A stretch of 64,000 nt of DNA. Source: Sminthopsis crassicaudata (lineage: Eukaryota). Where the stretch lies: contig NC_133618.1 of NCBI RefSeq assembly GCF_048593235.1, positions 655,476,361 through 655,540,360 on the forward strand. Reading direction: 5' to 3'. The notes beneath the pieces were generated by a model that had not been told where the DNA came from, searched no databases, and worked only from the letters and a program-made list of their open reading frames with translations. This document shows positions 13,641-25,705 of the stretch, one piece after another. The position numbers and the translations under genes were made by a program. Within the stretch, counting starts at the first letter, position 1. Every line of letters starts with the position of its first letter.

Positions 13641-16600
13641 GTCTGAAAAGCAGCAGACACCAAATTCTTCAAGAACAGAATGGAAGGACAAGATCTGGTG
13701 GCACTACCAAGATGGAAAGCCTCAGCACATGGGCTTAATACCGTGTAATTTCCCTTGGCCACAGAAATTCAAAACAACTTCCTAAGACAAAGAATGACTA
13801 TAATCTGCTCAGAGGAAAGAAGCTACCGCAGAGAGTCATAGGTCTTTAAAAAAATAAAAAAAGAGCCCATTATTTTAGGTAGCTGGGGAATTTGAGTGAA
13901 TTTTTCTACATGGAATGATGCAATGAGAACGCTATAGATAGAAAATGGTAGTATCATCTGAAAGATAATAGCTTAGAGAAGGATAAAATAGGCATCAAGA
14001 ACTCACTGTAAATAAGCTGTCCTTTCCTGGTTTACTTTGCCTCTTGCCCATTCCTTTCCCATCCATCAGTTAGTTTCCCTTACCAAGAGAGAATAAAGAA
14101 AAGCAATTGCTCTAAGAGTCCTGTTCAAGGGTCTTGAGACATATGATCTGATTTTACCTCATATAATAAATCACAACCTAAAAATTTAACAATATAGTAA
14201 AAATCAAGATAAAGCTCATTAACAAAAACAAAAATATTACCATAGATGTTAAGGAAATACACACTTAACTACGACTAAACCCTTGAATGATAAATAACAT
14301 AGTCATCCAAATCAAAGAGCTGCCATGGCAACATAGTTGGGGCTATTAAAAAAGAAGATAACCACATAATCACTAATTCTGAGAATCCTATGTCTTTCCT
14401 CTTTTTAGGTTGTTTTTGATTATTAGATTTTAAAAGTTTTACATTAAAAAGGATTTCCAGATTATCTCTATTCCCCTACCCCGCACCTTGTGAACTTTCC
14501 CTTGTAAGGAAATAAAACAATTTAGCAAAACTAACAACACAGTGACCTCATCTGAAAACACATGCAACATTCTTATGTGCCACACTATATAACTTCTCTA
14601 TTTTTAATGTGCTTTTTAAATTAACGGAATTCTATTTTCTCTCTATTCCCACTCCAATTGAAAAAAAAGAAAAAGGAAAAATTCCTCATAACAAATACAT
14701 GTCAAGAAAAAGAAATTCTTTCATCAGCTATCTATCTGCCTGGCTGCTTGTCTATGTCTCAGTCTGTATCCTAAAGCTATCACTTCTTTGTCAGGTGGTG
14801 GATAGCATGTTTTCATCATCAGTCTCCTAGAATCATGAACAGTCATTGTATTGGCCATAGTTCTTATAGATTTCAAAGTTTTTTGTCTCCCCAGTATTGT
14901 CATTTTTTCTCTATATCTTGCTTCCTAATATTTTTAACATTGGATGTTCTTTTATTCTCTATTACCCCTATGACTGAAGCCTCTAAGAGATACTCATAGG
15001 GACTTAGGTTTGCTAATAGCAATAAAGGCTAAAGAAAGAAATTCATAACAATGTACTTTAATATGATACAAATAACACTACAAAAAAATCTCAGTTAAAA
15101 ACTGTGTACATATGTGTGCATATGGGCTTACATACAATATGTGGGTACATACAGATATACCCACATATTTTGAAGCCACAAGCATTTGTTTTCAGTAATA
15201 ATCCATTGGTAAAAAAAATTTCAAGACAATCTAAAAATCTGAGCAGTCACTAAACTAGTAGGTTAGTTTAATAACCTTGATTTTTAAAAAAGTGATTGCT
15301 AGGAAAAAAAACAAACAAAAAAACAGCTATCAATCACCAAAAACATAGTTACCTACTTTGTGCTAGCTACTATGTGTTATATGTAGTGGATTTCCAATCA
15401 AGGGAAAACAACTCACACACAACTAGGTAAACTAAAGATATATAAATACAAAACAATTTTCCAACTGGGTTGTGTTCCAAAAATTAATTTGTTAGCAAGC
15501 CAGGAACACACTTTCCCATAGTTATAAATAGTAGTTAGATTTCCCTAATCAAAGCCAAAATGTAGCTTGAAACACTTATTTGCAATGAAAAATTGCTGAA
15601 AACAATACTATTACAAATTAAAATATTTCAGTTATAAATGGGCTGGTCTGGTAACTTAATGACTATTTATAACCTTGATTCTTTAGGAGCATTTGTTCTA
15701 TGGAGTATGATAAAAAAGGAGGGCAGTTTTCCACTCCTGCAGGCTCCTATTCCCTGAGAAAGAAAGAATACTAGGTGGAAGCAGGTGCAGGCATACATGT
15801 AAAGATCAAAGAAAAGGATGTAGGGGCTGTGTCTAACCTCTCGTATCATGGGCATTTCCCCTCTGATGCCAGCAAAGGAAGTGGAAAAAGATGATTCCTG
15901 TTCTTCAATTCCTCCCTGCTTCTTAATTCTTCCCCACAGGCAGCACAGAGGGAATGTAAGCACACTTCTTTCTAAGAATTACATTGCATTCACCTGGCCC
16001 CGGGTGCAAGGAAGACCAGGAACTTTGTTAAGCACTTGCTACTTGCCAGGCATTGGACTAAACACTAGGGAAACAAATAAAGACCAATCCTATCTTCAAA
16101 GAGCTTATATACCAACGCAAATACACACACCAAAAGATGAGAAATGTATCCACTTGTAGAAAAGGCAGCTTATGAGGAGATGGAACAGGCCAGAGATAAC
16201 TAGAGTTAGGAATGGAGGAAGCTCACCAGGGCTCACCAAAGGCCTTCAGCCAGAAGCTTCTCAGGGATGGGAGATGGTTGGCAACACTGACATGTTATAT
16301 AACAGCGTTATAATTATATTATTGCAAAGATGATAGTATGGTATATTATCATTTTTATTAAGGTTTGGAAATCTAGAGCAGGGCAAGGAAGTTCTGTATT
16401 TTAGCCAAATTCTTCCAAAATTATCCATTTTCCCATTTCAAGTACCCTTACTTCTAAGAGTGACATAAAGATCCTTGACTTTTCCTCCAACTCTTGGGGA
16501 TATTTCACAGAGAAACAATAACGACATGAGTAACAACTACATGAAATACAACTCAAATGGTGATAACCTTACAATTATAGCACTGCAAGCAGAGAAAAGG

Positions 16601-17298
16601 TTTTGGGGAAACAAACAAATGGGAATATATCACAGGAGTATAAGTAAGAGTAACCACTTTAAATACTAGTAATGTGAGAGTCCACCAATTCAGAAATTAA
16701 CACAAGTACTCTTTGCTTGGAATGTGCATATAAAGATGTGTATGTGTATGTATATCTGCAGACAGGGACAAAGGATACAATATGGACATAAAGTATAAAT
16801 TGTAAATACAGCATCTCTCAAACTCATGCTAACTAAAGAACTAAAGCTATTGTCAAGAATGAGACATTCTGAAAAACCTCTAGGAAATAACAAAATATTC
16901 TCCAGTAAGTCTATTCTTTATTCTTGATCCATTTCACTACATTAAAAATTATCAGCTACTCTAACAAAACGATTCCTCTATGGAACAGTTGATTTCACTT
17001 TGTTTCACAGGCAAAGCTTTTATATAGTCTTAACACCAGCAAAAACTATTGAAGGAACAAAAAAACAAAACACTTGCACTGATGATGGCAACTAAGCTCA
17101 TGAAAAGAAGCAATTTACAGAGTAACAGTTAGCCACCAGGAAGTCGGCTCTTGTGTTTGAAGATTTTGCTGAATTAAAAAAGTAAATATAAAAAGTATTA
17201 TCCTAACAAAAACATTTATCATAAAAGAATAATCTCCTCAGTTATGGAAAGAAAAGTGACAGAGATATAGTAAAATCATTCATAATTTTACAATGTTC

Positions 17299-17889
17299 CA
17301 CAGGTTCTTAACTTGAGGTTTATAAATAAATTTCAGGGGGGGGTCAATGAATTTGGATGGGGGAAAAAGTTACTTATTTTCATTAGCCTTTGATTTCCTT
17401 TGTAATTATATTGTACTTTATGCATTCATTATTCTGAAAGAAAATGATAAAGATTGAAGAAGATGGGGGAAAATTGGGATATTATTGCATTGTTAATGGA
17501 ACTGTGAACTGATCTGACCATTCTGGACAGCAATTTGGAACTCTGCCCAAAGGGCTATATAAAACTGTGCCTTCCCTTTGATTAAGTAATACTGCTATTA
17601 GTCTATATTCTAAAGAGATCATAAAAAGGGAAAAAGACTTACACATGCAAAAATATGTTTAATATGATTATACACATACAACTTATATTCAGATTTGCTT
17701 ATTGAATTGGGGACAAGGAAGAGAAAATTTGTAGTTCAAAATCTTATAAAGATAAATGTTGAAAACTATCTTTACATATAACTGAGGGAAAAACTATTAA
17801 GTATTAAGTAAAACATTATTCTGAGAAGGGGTTCATAAACTTCACACATTGCCAAAGGGATCTGTGACAAAAAAGATTAAGAATCCAAG
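17299..17889 (+). mobile_element. Non-autonomous hAT-Charlie-type DNA transposon (split by L1)
   Basis: Left end CACAGGTTCTTAAC, right end ACATTATTCTGAGAAGGGGTTCATAAACTTCACACATTGCCAAAGGG…GATTAAGAATCC, with inverted termini. Confidence 0.7.
17438..17813 (+). mobile_element. Internally deleted L1 3' fragment nested in a Charlie-type element
   Basis: ORF2-end sequence (CATTCTGGACAGCAATTTGGAACTCTGCCCAAAGGGCT…) joined to the distal 3'UTR. Flanked by the direct repeat CATTATTCTGA at 17427-17437 and 17814-17824. Confidence 0.75.
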
Positions 17890-18267
17890 AGAATAGTAGT
17901 TTCCTTAACTACCACATCACTCTGAACTTGCAATCCCTCACCAATTCTGCCTATGTTGTATTTCTGACTCTAAATGGGATTAGTAATGGATAGTGCCTAG
18001 ATTAGTAGGTGGGCGGCTTGCTCAGGAGGAGATCAGACATCAGTTCAATACTTAGTCTCTATTATTAATATCATATATCACATAAACATGAAATATCTAT
18101 AAAAATAAAGAGAACAAAATAAATTCCAAAGTAATAGGGAAATACTAAGATTTTTATATACACAAGTCTTTTTCTATTGATATATCTCGTGGGGAAAAAG
18201 TGGCAGAATTAATCAGCTGATTCATTTCATTACCTATTATGCTTGTTGTGTGTAACTTTCAACATAC

Positions 18268-18630
18268 TGTTGTGTTCTTTGGTTCAGGTTCTTGGGGTCT
18301 CTGGAGAGCCTTTTGGTCTAGCCTTGGTCTAGTGCAGGAGGCCAGGCCAGCGACCAGGAAGGTCAAAGATCGAGTTGAATTTCTCCCCTTGGTTCTTAGA
18401 GCTTCTTGTGCCTTTGTCTTCTCTGCCCTCTCAATCCCTAGCTCTGCCTCAACCTAGGTGAGGCTCCCAGCTTATATGCTCTACGAGTATAAACCAATCA
18501 TTAAATAACTAGGAACCCATTATTTGTTGTAAGATTAAATCAATCATACTGAACCATGCTAACCTAGATAACTATTGTCTCATCAATTCCACTTAAGTTA
18601 GTAACTTGTTTCAAGTTCTGGCCCATAACA
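18268..18630 (-). mobile_element. Solo LTR (6-bp TSD)
   Basis: Minus strand starts TGTTATGGGCCAGAACTTGAAACAAG and ends …AACACAACA; TSD ACATAC/ACATAT (18262-18267 and 18631-18636). Confidence 0.88.
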
Positions 18631-20353
18631 ACATATTACTCTGAAATTCATATAAGAAGAACAAATAAAGTTTACATAAACATTGATAAATTAAATTGAT
18701 TTCAACTTGATCTGTTGCCAAACATTCAATAGTAGGTTCTTACAAAATCACAGAAAAAATAATCTCTGCATATCCTTTTTCAAAGAAAGCACAAGAAAAT
18801 TATATGAATATTTAGGTGAATTGCAAAATCAAATCAACTATATGACAAATTTAGCACATGCTTAAGAATCTGCTTAAATGTTATTTTGAAATAATAAATT
18901 CAGTACTCATAAAAAGCCAAAAACAATTATATCTGAAAGGTGTTAAAATGATTTAGGAAAATTAAGATTAGTTTTTATTCAAATAATAGACTATATACTT
19001 ACATATAGGAAAAATACTTTGGGCTAAAATCAAACATAATGCAGAAAAGTAGTTAGTCCCATTTTAAAGCATGACAAAAAACTACCTATTGATTCTTTGT
19101 ATTAAATAACCTTTTAGGAGATGCCAATGGATGAAATGTCTGAACAGGGGTAAGAAAGAGGTTGGTAGTGTGATTTCACTGAGGTAGGAAGTGCCTGGCA
19201 AAGAACTCCACCTAATGAAATAAATTGGCACCTCATCTGTTAATTCATAATGGTAAAAAGGGATTGTGCAATAACTTCTCAGAGGGGAAACCACCTGCCC
19301 ATGATCAAGATATGTCAAAAGCAACATCTGCACGCAGGTCTTTTTGACTCAAAAATCAAGATTTTCTACTTCTCTGGCTGTCTGCATGAAGTCTGAAAAT
19401 ACAAGTAATAGTGTTTCCTTTTGCTTCTGATAAGTGAGTAATTTCACAGATTTAGAGTCCTTAGAGACGTCCCTAATTATAAGTGAGAATCTTGCTATAT
19501 TCCCAGCCACTAACTAGTCATCAATTGAAAATCTTGATAGAAGAGGCAACTGTCATCTTGCAAAGACAGCCCATTTCTATTATGGGGAAATTGCAAATAA
19601 GTCTCTCTTTCCAGAGAGCTTAAAAATAAATCTCCAAATCCTTGTGATATCTCTGCCATTATTTGGCAATAATAGGCAGAAGTCAAGGTTTGGAAAAATA
19701 TGCTATCTCATTTATATGCTGTCTCATTTGCCCCTCACAACAATCTGAGTAAGTGATATTATACTCATTTTACAAACAAGGAAAGTAGGGCTTGTTGAAA
19801 AGTGAAGTTTGATTTGCCCATAGCCACATAGCTAAGAAGCGTCTGAGGCACTATTTGAACTCAGTTCTTCTTGATTCCCAGTTCAGCATTCTGTATTACC
19901 TATATCAACTGTCTAAATGAGCATGGGGAAAATTCAAAACTAAAGACTAATTTATGCTTTCTTTGGCATAAATAATTTTTGTGCATTGTTCCCTTTCTAT
20001 CTTCAGAAAAAGGACTTTTTCCAATAACATTACAAAGTTGGATAGAAAAGACCTTTAGAAAACGCTCTCTTTGAGGGCCTAAAGAGAGTAAGTGACAAGT
20101 ACAAGGTCAAGTGCTAATGAGAAGCAAGCCAGGACTTGAATCCAAGCCCCTGGATTTCTAGCCTGTCTCTTTCTCCCCTTCCTGCAACATGCCCCTTGTT
20201 TCAGCTGAGCAGAAAGCACAGAGGTTAGGATGAGGACATCATTTGATGTGCCAATAAATTGAATCAAGCAATCACTTCAATACAGCAAACAATGATTAAA
20301 TGATTACTGAGTACAAAGCTGCTGGGCACTATGCTTAGCATAACAAGAAAATA

Positions 20354-20738
20354 TGGAGGAGCCCTCTCCTCGCTGCCTCTCTTTCCCCCTCAAAGCTAAG
20401 AAGTCCTTGGAGTACATTGCCTTGCCTTATTTGTTGGGTTGACCCATTCTCTCTTACATGAAGCCTATTCACAGTTAGTTCCATTGATAATTGCAGGTTA
20501 ATAATCCTTTTCAGTTCATTAGACCAGAAATACCCCAGTCAGCTTCTTCTTAAGGATTTAGATAGCAACCCTCATAGAGTAAAACCACTCTTTTGGAGAA
20601 AAAGCTCCCTTCTCTCAGTCTGTCTTTTGAAAAACCGCCTTTCTCTTGGGCTGCCTCTCATGCTGAGGTTGTAGTCTTTGAAATAAATCTCTAGACTTAG
20701 TCTCCCCTCTACTGAGCTGCTTTTTTTTTTATATTACA
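20354..20738 (+). mobile_element. Probable solo LTR
   Basis: TG…CA-bounded segment of non-background composition, with AATAAA at 20682-20687 and a T-rich U5-like end ATATTACA. No convincing TSD, so the 5' boundary is uncertain. Confidence 0.5.
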
Positions 20739-22790
20739 AACCTATAGTGAGAGTTTATTTTACCTGTAAAAAGATTTAAATTAAGCAAATACCTAAATAT
20801 AACTTATCTTAATGTATTATATACACACACACATATATAGTCATGACAGATTAAAAACCATTACAGAATAGTCAGGTGTTTTTTCCCCCTCAAATTTAAA
20901 TCCATCTAGAGAAAATATAGGCAGATTTAGAAATATAGTGGTCAATATGACTCCCAAATCAGAATGTCCTTTCCTTAACTGGTAGTACTTATACTGACAA
21001 GTTATTCAATTCTGCAATCATAATAATTTATTTTAAAAATATGTTAAAATGACAAAGGGTGCATTTTGGTTTTACATATTTAACGAAGGACATGCAACTG
21101 CAGTATTGCTACAATTAATGCATTCAGAGGTAAAGAGACCTGTATTGTAATTCTATCCTTTTAATAACTAACATCTGATCTTATAAAAACTTTATACTTC
21201 CCATTTCTAAATGTTAGTTTTTTCAATTGTAAAATGAGAGCATAGAACTAGACCTGAAAATGTCAAATACTCTATAGGGAGAAAAATTTAATAAAACCTA
21301 AAACAGGACATAGATAATATTAATATGTGGTTTTCTAAATCAATATGCTGCCAGCAGGGATCCTTTGAGATGGTTTAGTGACTTCATCTCTTTTTGAGTT
21401 TTACACCACTGGCACAGTTTATATGCCAAGATGCTATAGGGATTTGTGTCACCATGCAAAGTAATCAGACTGACATTATAGGAACATCGTCTAGGAAAGA
21501 AGACTGGCCATATAGTTAGGAGACCTTGGATTGAATCTCAAGATATATTTCTAAGTATTTATGTGAATGTGGGGGGCAAGTGATTTAATTTTTTTCTAGT
21601 TTGTAAAATCAGAAGTGAGGAGGGGAGAGTGAAGAATATTAACTTTAAAAGTCCTTTGTAGATCTCAAAATTCTATGACTTTAAGGTTCAAAGTTTCTCC
21701 TGAGAATTTACTCCATGCTATTTATGCCAACATAGGAGTATAGAGCACAGGGAAGCTAAAGATGGGAAGAGTAGGATTGGAAAATTGGAAGAGATCCCAA
21801 TTCCTTTCCAGATAAATCTTAAGTCAAGCATCATTTTGTAAAAACATTACCACAAAACAACCCAATAATAGATATAATTATCTATATTTAAATGAAAGTA
21901 AAGAATCTACTCCAAAGGTAAATATATCTAAATGATTTTGTTTTATACATGGGGATGTGAGGATCTACCACATTTCATTTCCACATTTTGTAATAATTAA
22001 TAAATATTTATTGAGGACTTCTGTGTCCAAAGACAAAATTTGTAGGAATTCAGAGTTGCCGGCTTCACTTCTGACTCTGCAGAACCTGCTCCACTTGGAA
22101 GTGGAGTCAGCCCCTGTGTTCTCCCAATGATGACTTCTTCACTGAACCTCCAGTGTGAATGAGTGAGATCCGGGGCCAGCAGTACATTAGTCCTCCTCAG
22201 CTCTTCTTCTATATCTCTGGTTATCATATCATGTTTCTGGGCAAGTACCTTTCTCTGCCCCTTCCTGATTTTCTACTCCCTTTTACACAGTAGCCTCCTA
22301 TATTAGAAAATAGGCTCTCTAAGACCAAGGACAGTCTTTCTTTTTGCTTGGATTTCTGTTCCTGGCACTTAGTAAAGTACCTAAGAGAAAGTAACGGCTT
22401 AGTAAATTGGCAAGTTGATACAAGGGAAAAATGAGGCCAGACTAATGCCAGAATGTGAAGGGACCTGAATGCCAGAAGGAAGAGCTTATTCTTCTTATTC
22501 TGTAGGTAGCAGGGAACCACAAAAAAAAAAAAATCTTTCAGTGGAAGAATGATGATGAGGAAAGTAGAAGAAAACAGAACATAAAAAAATTTATACTAAC
22601 AATAAAGATTAATGAAGTGGAGTTCTATGTTGCAGCAAAGATAAAGGGAGGCAGGCATCTGAAGTTTTATGGGTAGATTCACCAGAACTTGGAAAAAGAC
22701 TGAAAATGTGGAATAAGAAAGAAAAATATTCAAAGGTAACATTGATATGAACAAGGAAGAGAGGATAAATTATATATCTAGAGTAGAAAC

Positions 22791-22799
22791 ATATATATA

Positions 22800-22845
<46 letters not shown>

Positions 22846-22870
22846 TATACATATATACATATAGATATAT
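22791..22870. repeat. Compound (AT)n microsatellite
   Basis: AT runs with GT/AC interruptions; pure stretch at about 22809-22840. Confidence 0.95.
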
Positions 22871-23044
22871 CTTTAAAGGAATCACTGCTTAGTTATCTAC
22901 ATGCATGTATCATCAAAATAAGATTTTGGATTGTCTAATGATCTGGAACAATGTTCCCCTCTATTAGACCAAGAGCTCCCAGAGGGGAGGAAGTATTTTT
23001 GCCTTTCCTCTATATCTCAAGTGCATAGCACATTCCCTGGAATA

Positions 23045-23215
23045 TTTTTTGTTCAGTTATTTTTCAGTGGTGTCTGACTGTTCTCAAGCTCATCTTACAG
23101 ATGAAGAAACTGAGGCAAACAAGATATAGTGTCCAGAGTTACACAACTATTTGAATTCACAAAAATGAGTCTTCCTGACTGCAGGCTGGGCATTCTATCC
23201 ACTGAACCATAGGAG
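23045..23215 (-). mobile_element. CORE-SINE (MAR1/MIR-type) fragment
   Basis: CATCTTACAGATGAAGAAACTGAGGCAAAC…TTTGAATTCACAAAAATGAGTCTTCCTGACTGCAGG. Confidence 0.65.
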
Positions 23216-24132
23216 GCGCTTAAAAAATGCTGAAAATTATTTTGTCTTGTCTTTATCTCCTGAAATTGCTGAGGATGTTCAGAGTAGCCATCAAGGCACA
23301 GACAGTTGCTTTACTTCTTTGATAACTATAAAATTTATTTGATTACTTTTTTCACCCTATTGTTAGCCAATGCAAAAGAAGTGATCTTTACTTTTTAACT
23401 CTGTGGCTGAGCCAAAAGTACTACTGTTTAGGATTCTGGAAATTCACAATCTCCTGTAAATAAACATGTGAAGACTTTTTATCAGTGAGTCATAATGGAT
23501 GGAAATTAAAAAAGTACTAGAATCTCTCTGGAATGTCACCCTGGCCAATAGTAAGGGTCTAATAAATGCTTGCTGACTCACTCCCCAGGCTAGCCATCTA
23601 ATGACTTCCTTCAATTACTTAGCTTTATTTTAATTTGATACTAGTTTTAGCTGGAGCACATAGAGATTTCCTGAGATGCTATTTAGTCATTTCTATATGC
23701 AAACTACCTTATAATAATCTTATCATCAATGAAGAAATGCTTCCTCCTTGACATCTACAAGCAGGTGGCCATGTTTTGTTTAATGAACCACTGCCAAGAT
23801 CTCTCCAGCTCCCTTAGTTGCTTCTCAGTAGAAATATCATTTACCTGTTGCTCTAGTCACATGAATAGTAGTGAGACTTCCCTTTGCTACCATAACAAGG
23901 GAGTTAGAGTATGAATTCTTTGGCGATATCAGGAAGATAATAACTCTCCAACATGCACAAGCATATTTTCTGAAGCATCAACAATTACAGGGCAATTATT
24001 TTCAAGTGGTACTCAACAAATACCTTGGTGGAGACAGAATAGTCTCTAGCAAGCATTATTTATATTGAAGCTAATGAATATTTTATGAATTTCATAGAAG
24101 ATTTAAAAAACTGAACCAAGGGGCTTTTTCTT

Positions 24133-25442
24133 TTTTTTTCTTTTTTTTTTTTTAATTTTTTTTTTAAATTTTTTTTTTATTTTATATATATATATATATT
24201 TTATAATATTATCCCTTGTATTCATTTTTCCAAATTACCCCCCCTCCCTCTATTCCCTCCCCCCGACGACAGGCAATACCATACATTTTACATGTGTTAC
24301 AATATAGTCTAGGTACAATACATGTGTGCGAATATCATTTTCTTGTTGCACAATAAACATTAGAATCCGAAGGTACATGCAACCTGGGCAGACAGATATT
24401 AGTGCTAACAATTTTCATTCCCCTCCCAGTGTTTCTTCTCTGGATGTAACTACCCCTGTCCATCATTGATCAACTGGAAGTGAGTTGGATCTTCTTTATG
24501 TTGAAGATTTCCACTTCCATCAGAATACATCCCCATACAGTATTGTTGTTGAAGTGTACAGTGATCTTCTGGTTCTGCTCATTTCACTCAGCATCAGTTG
24601 ATTTAAGTCTCTCTAGGCCTCTCTATATTCCTCCTGCTGGTCATTTCTTACCGAGCAATAATATTCCATAACCTTCATATACCACAATTTACCCAACCAT
24701 TCTCCAACTGATGGACATCCATTCATCTTCCAGTTTCTAGCTACAACAAAAAGAGCTGCCACAAACATTTTGGCATATATAGGTCTCTTTCCGCTCTTTA
24801 GTATTTCTTTGGGATATAATCCCAGTAGTAGCGCTGCTGGGTCAAAGGGTATGCACAGTTTGATAACTTTTTGGGCATAATTCCAGATTGCTCTCCAGAA
24901 TGGCTGGATTCTTTCACAACTCCACCAGCAATGTATTAGTGTCCCAATTTCCCCACATCCCCTCCAACATTCGTCATTATTTGTTCCTGTCATCTTAGCC
25001 AATCTGACAGGTGTGTAGTGGTATCTCAGAGTGGTCTTAATTTGCATTTCTCTGATCAGTAGTGATTTGGAACACTCTTTCATGTGAGTGGATATAGTTT
25101 CAATTTCTTCCTCTGAGAATTGTCTGTTCATATCCTTTGACCATTTATCAATTGGAGAATGGTTCGGTTTCTTATAAATTATGGTCAGTTCTCTATATAT
25201 TTTGGAAATGAGACCTTTGTCAGAACCTTTGTTTTTAAAAATATTTTCCCAATTTGTTACTTCCCTTCTAATCTTGTTTGCATTAGTATTATTTGTACAG
25301 AAACTTTTTAGTTTGATGTAATCAAAATCTTCTATTTTGTGATCAATAATGATCTCTAGTTCTCCTCTGGTCATAAATTCCTTCCTCCTCCACAAGTCTG
25401 AGAGGTAGATTATCCTCTGTTCCTCTAATCTATTTATTATCT
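24133..25442 (-). mobile_element. Young 5'-truncated L1 (3' end of ORF2, 3'UTR and poly(A)) with 17-bp TSD
   Basis: Uninterrupted ORF2 C-terminal frame 24613-25446 (…QIKTTLRYHYTPVRLAK…TLIHCWWSCERIQPFW…). A/TA-rich tail at 24133-24200. Perfect TSD CCAAGGGGCTTTTTCTT at 24116-24132 and 25443-25459; target site TT|AAGA. Confidence 0.96.
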
Positions 25443-25524
25443 CCAAGGGGCTTTTTCTTAAGGAAGTTCAAATACCCTACAATACCTTAAAGAATATATA
25501 TTAATTTGCCCAATTTATAATGCC

Positions 25525-25705
25525 CATTGTCTTTTTTTTTATTATAGCTTTTTATTACAAGATATATGTATGGGTAATTTTTCAACAGTGGCAGTTGCAA
25601 AACTTTTTGTTCCAATTTTCCCCCTCCTTCTCCATACCCCCTCCCCCAGATGGCAGGTAGACCAATACATGTTAAATATGGCAAAGTATATGTTAAATAC
25701 AATAT
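25525..25705 (-). mobile_element. L1 3'UTR terminal fragment
   Basis: TTGCAAAACTTTTTGTTCCAATTTT…CCCCCAGATGGCAGGTAGACCAATACATGTTAAATATG, the marsupial L1 tail also seen at 30800-30930 and 40490-40600. Confidence 0.8.

Noticed and set aside
22089-22145. CTCCACTT-GG-AAGTGGAG palindrome and nearby ATGATGA…CTGA (C/D-box-like)
   Set aside because: An 8-bp stem is expected by chance in 64 kb, and the C and D boxes are only about 8 nt apart, too close for a snoRNA.
21997-22227. 76-aa ORF with protein-like composition
   Set aside because: No recognisable homology, no convincing splice or retrocopy hallmarks, and the length is within chance expectation.
24613-25446. 277-aa ORF as a host gene
   Set aside because: It is the C-terminus of L1 ORF2 in a 5'-truncated insertion with no promoter or native start.
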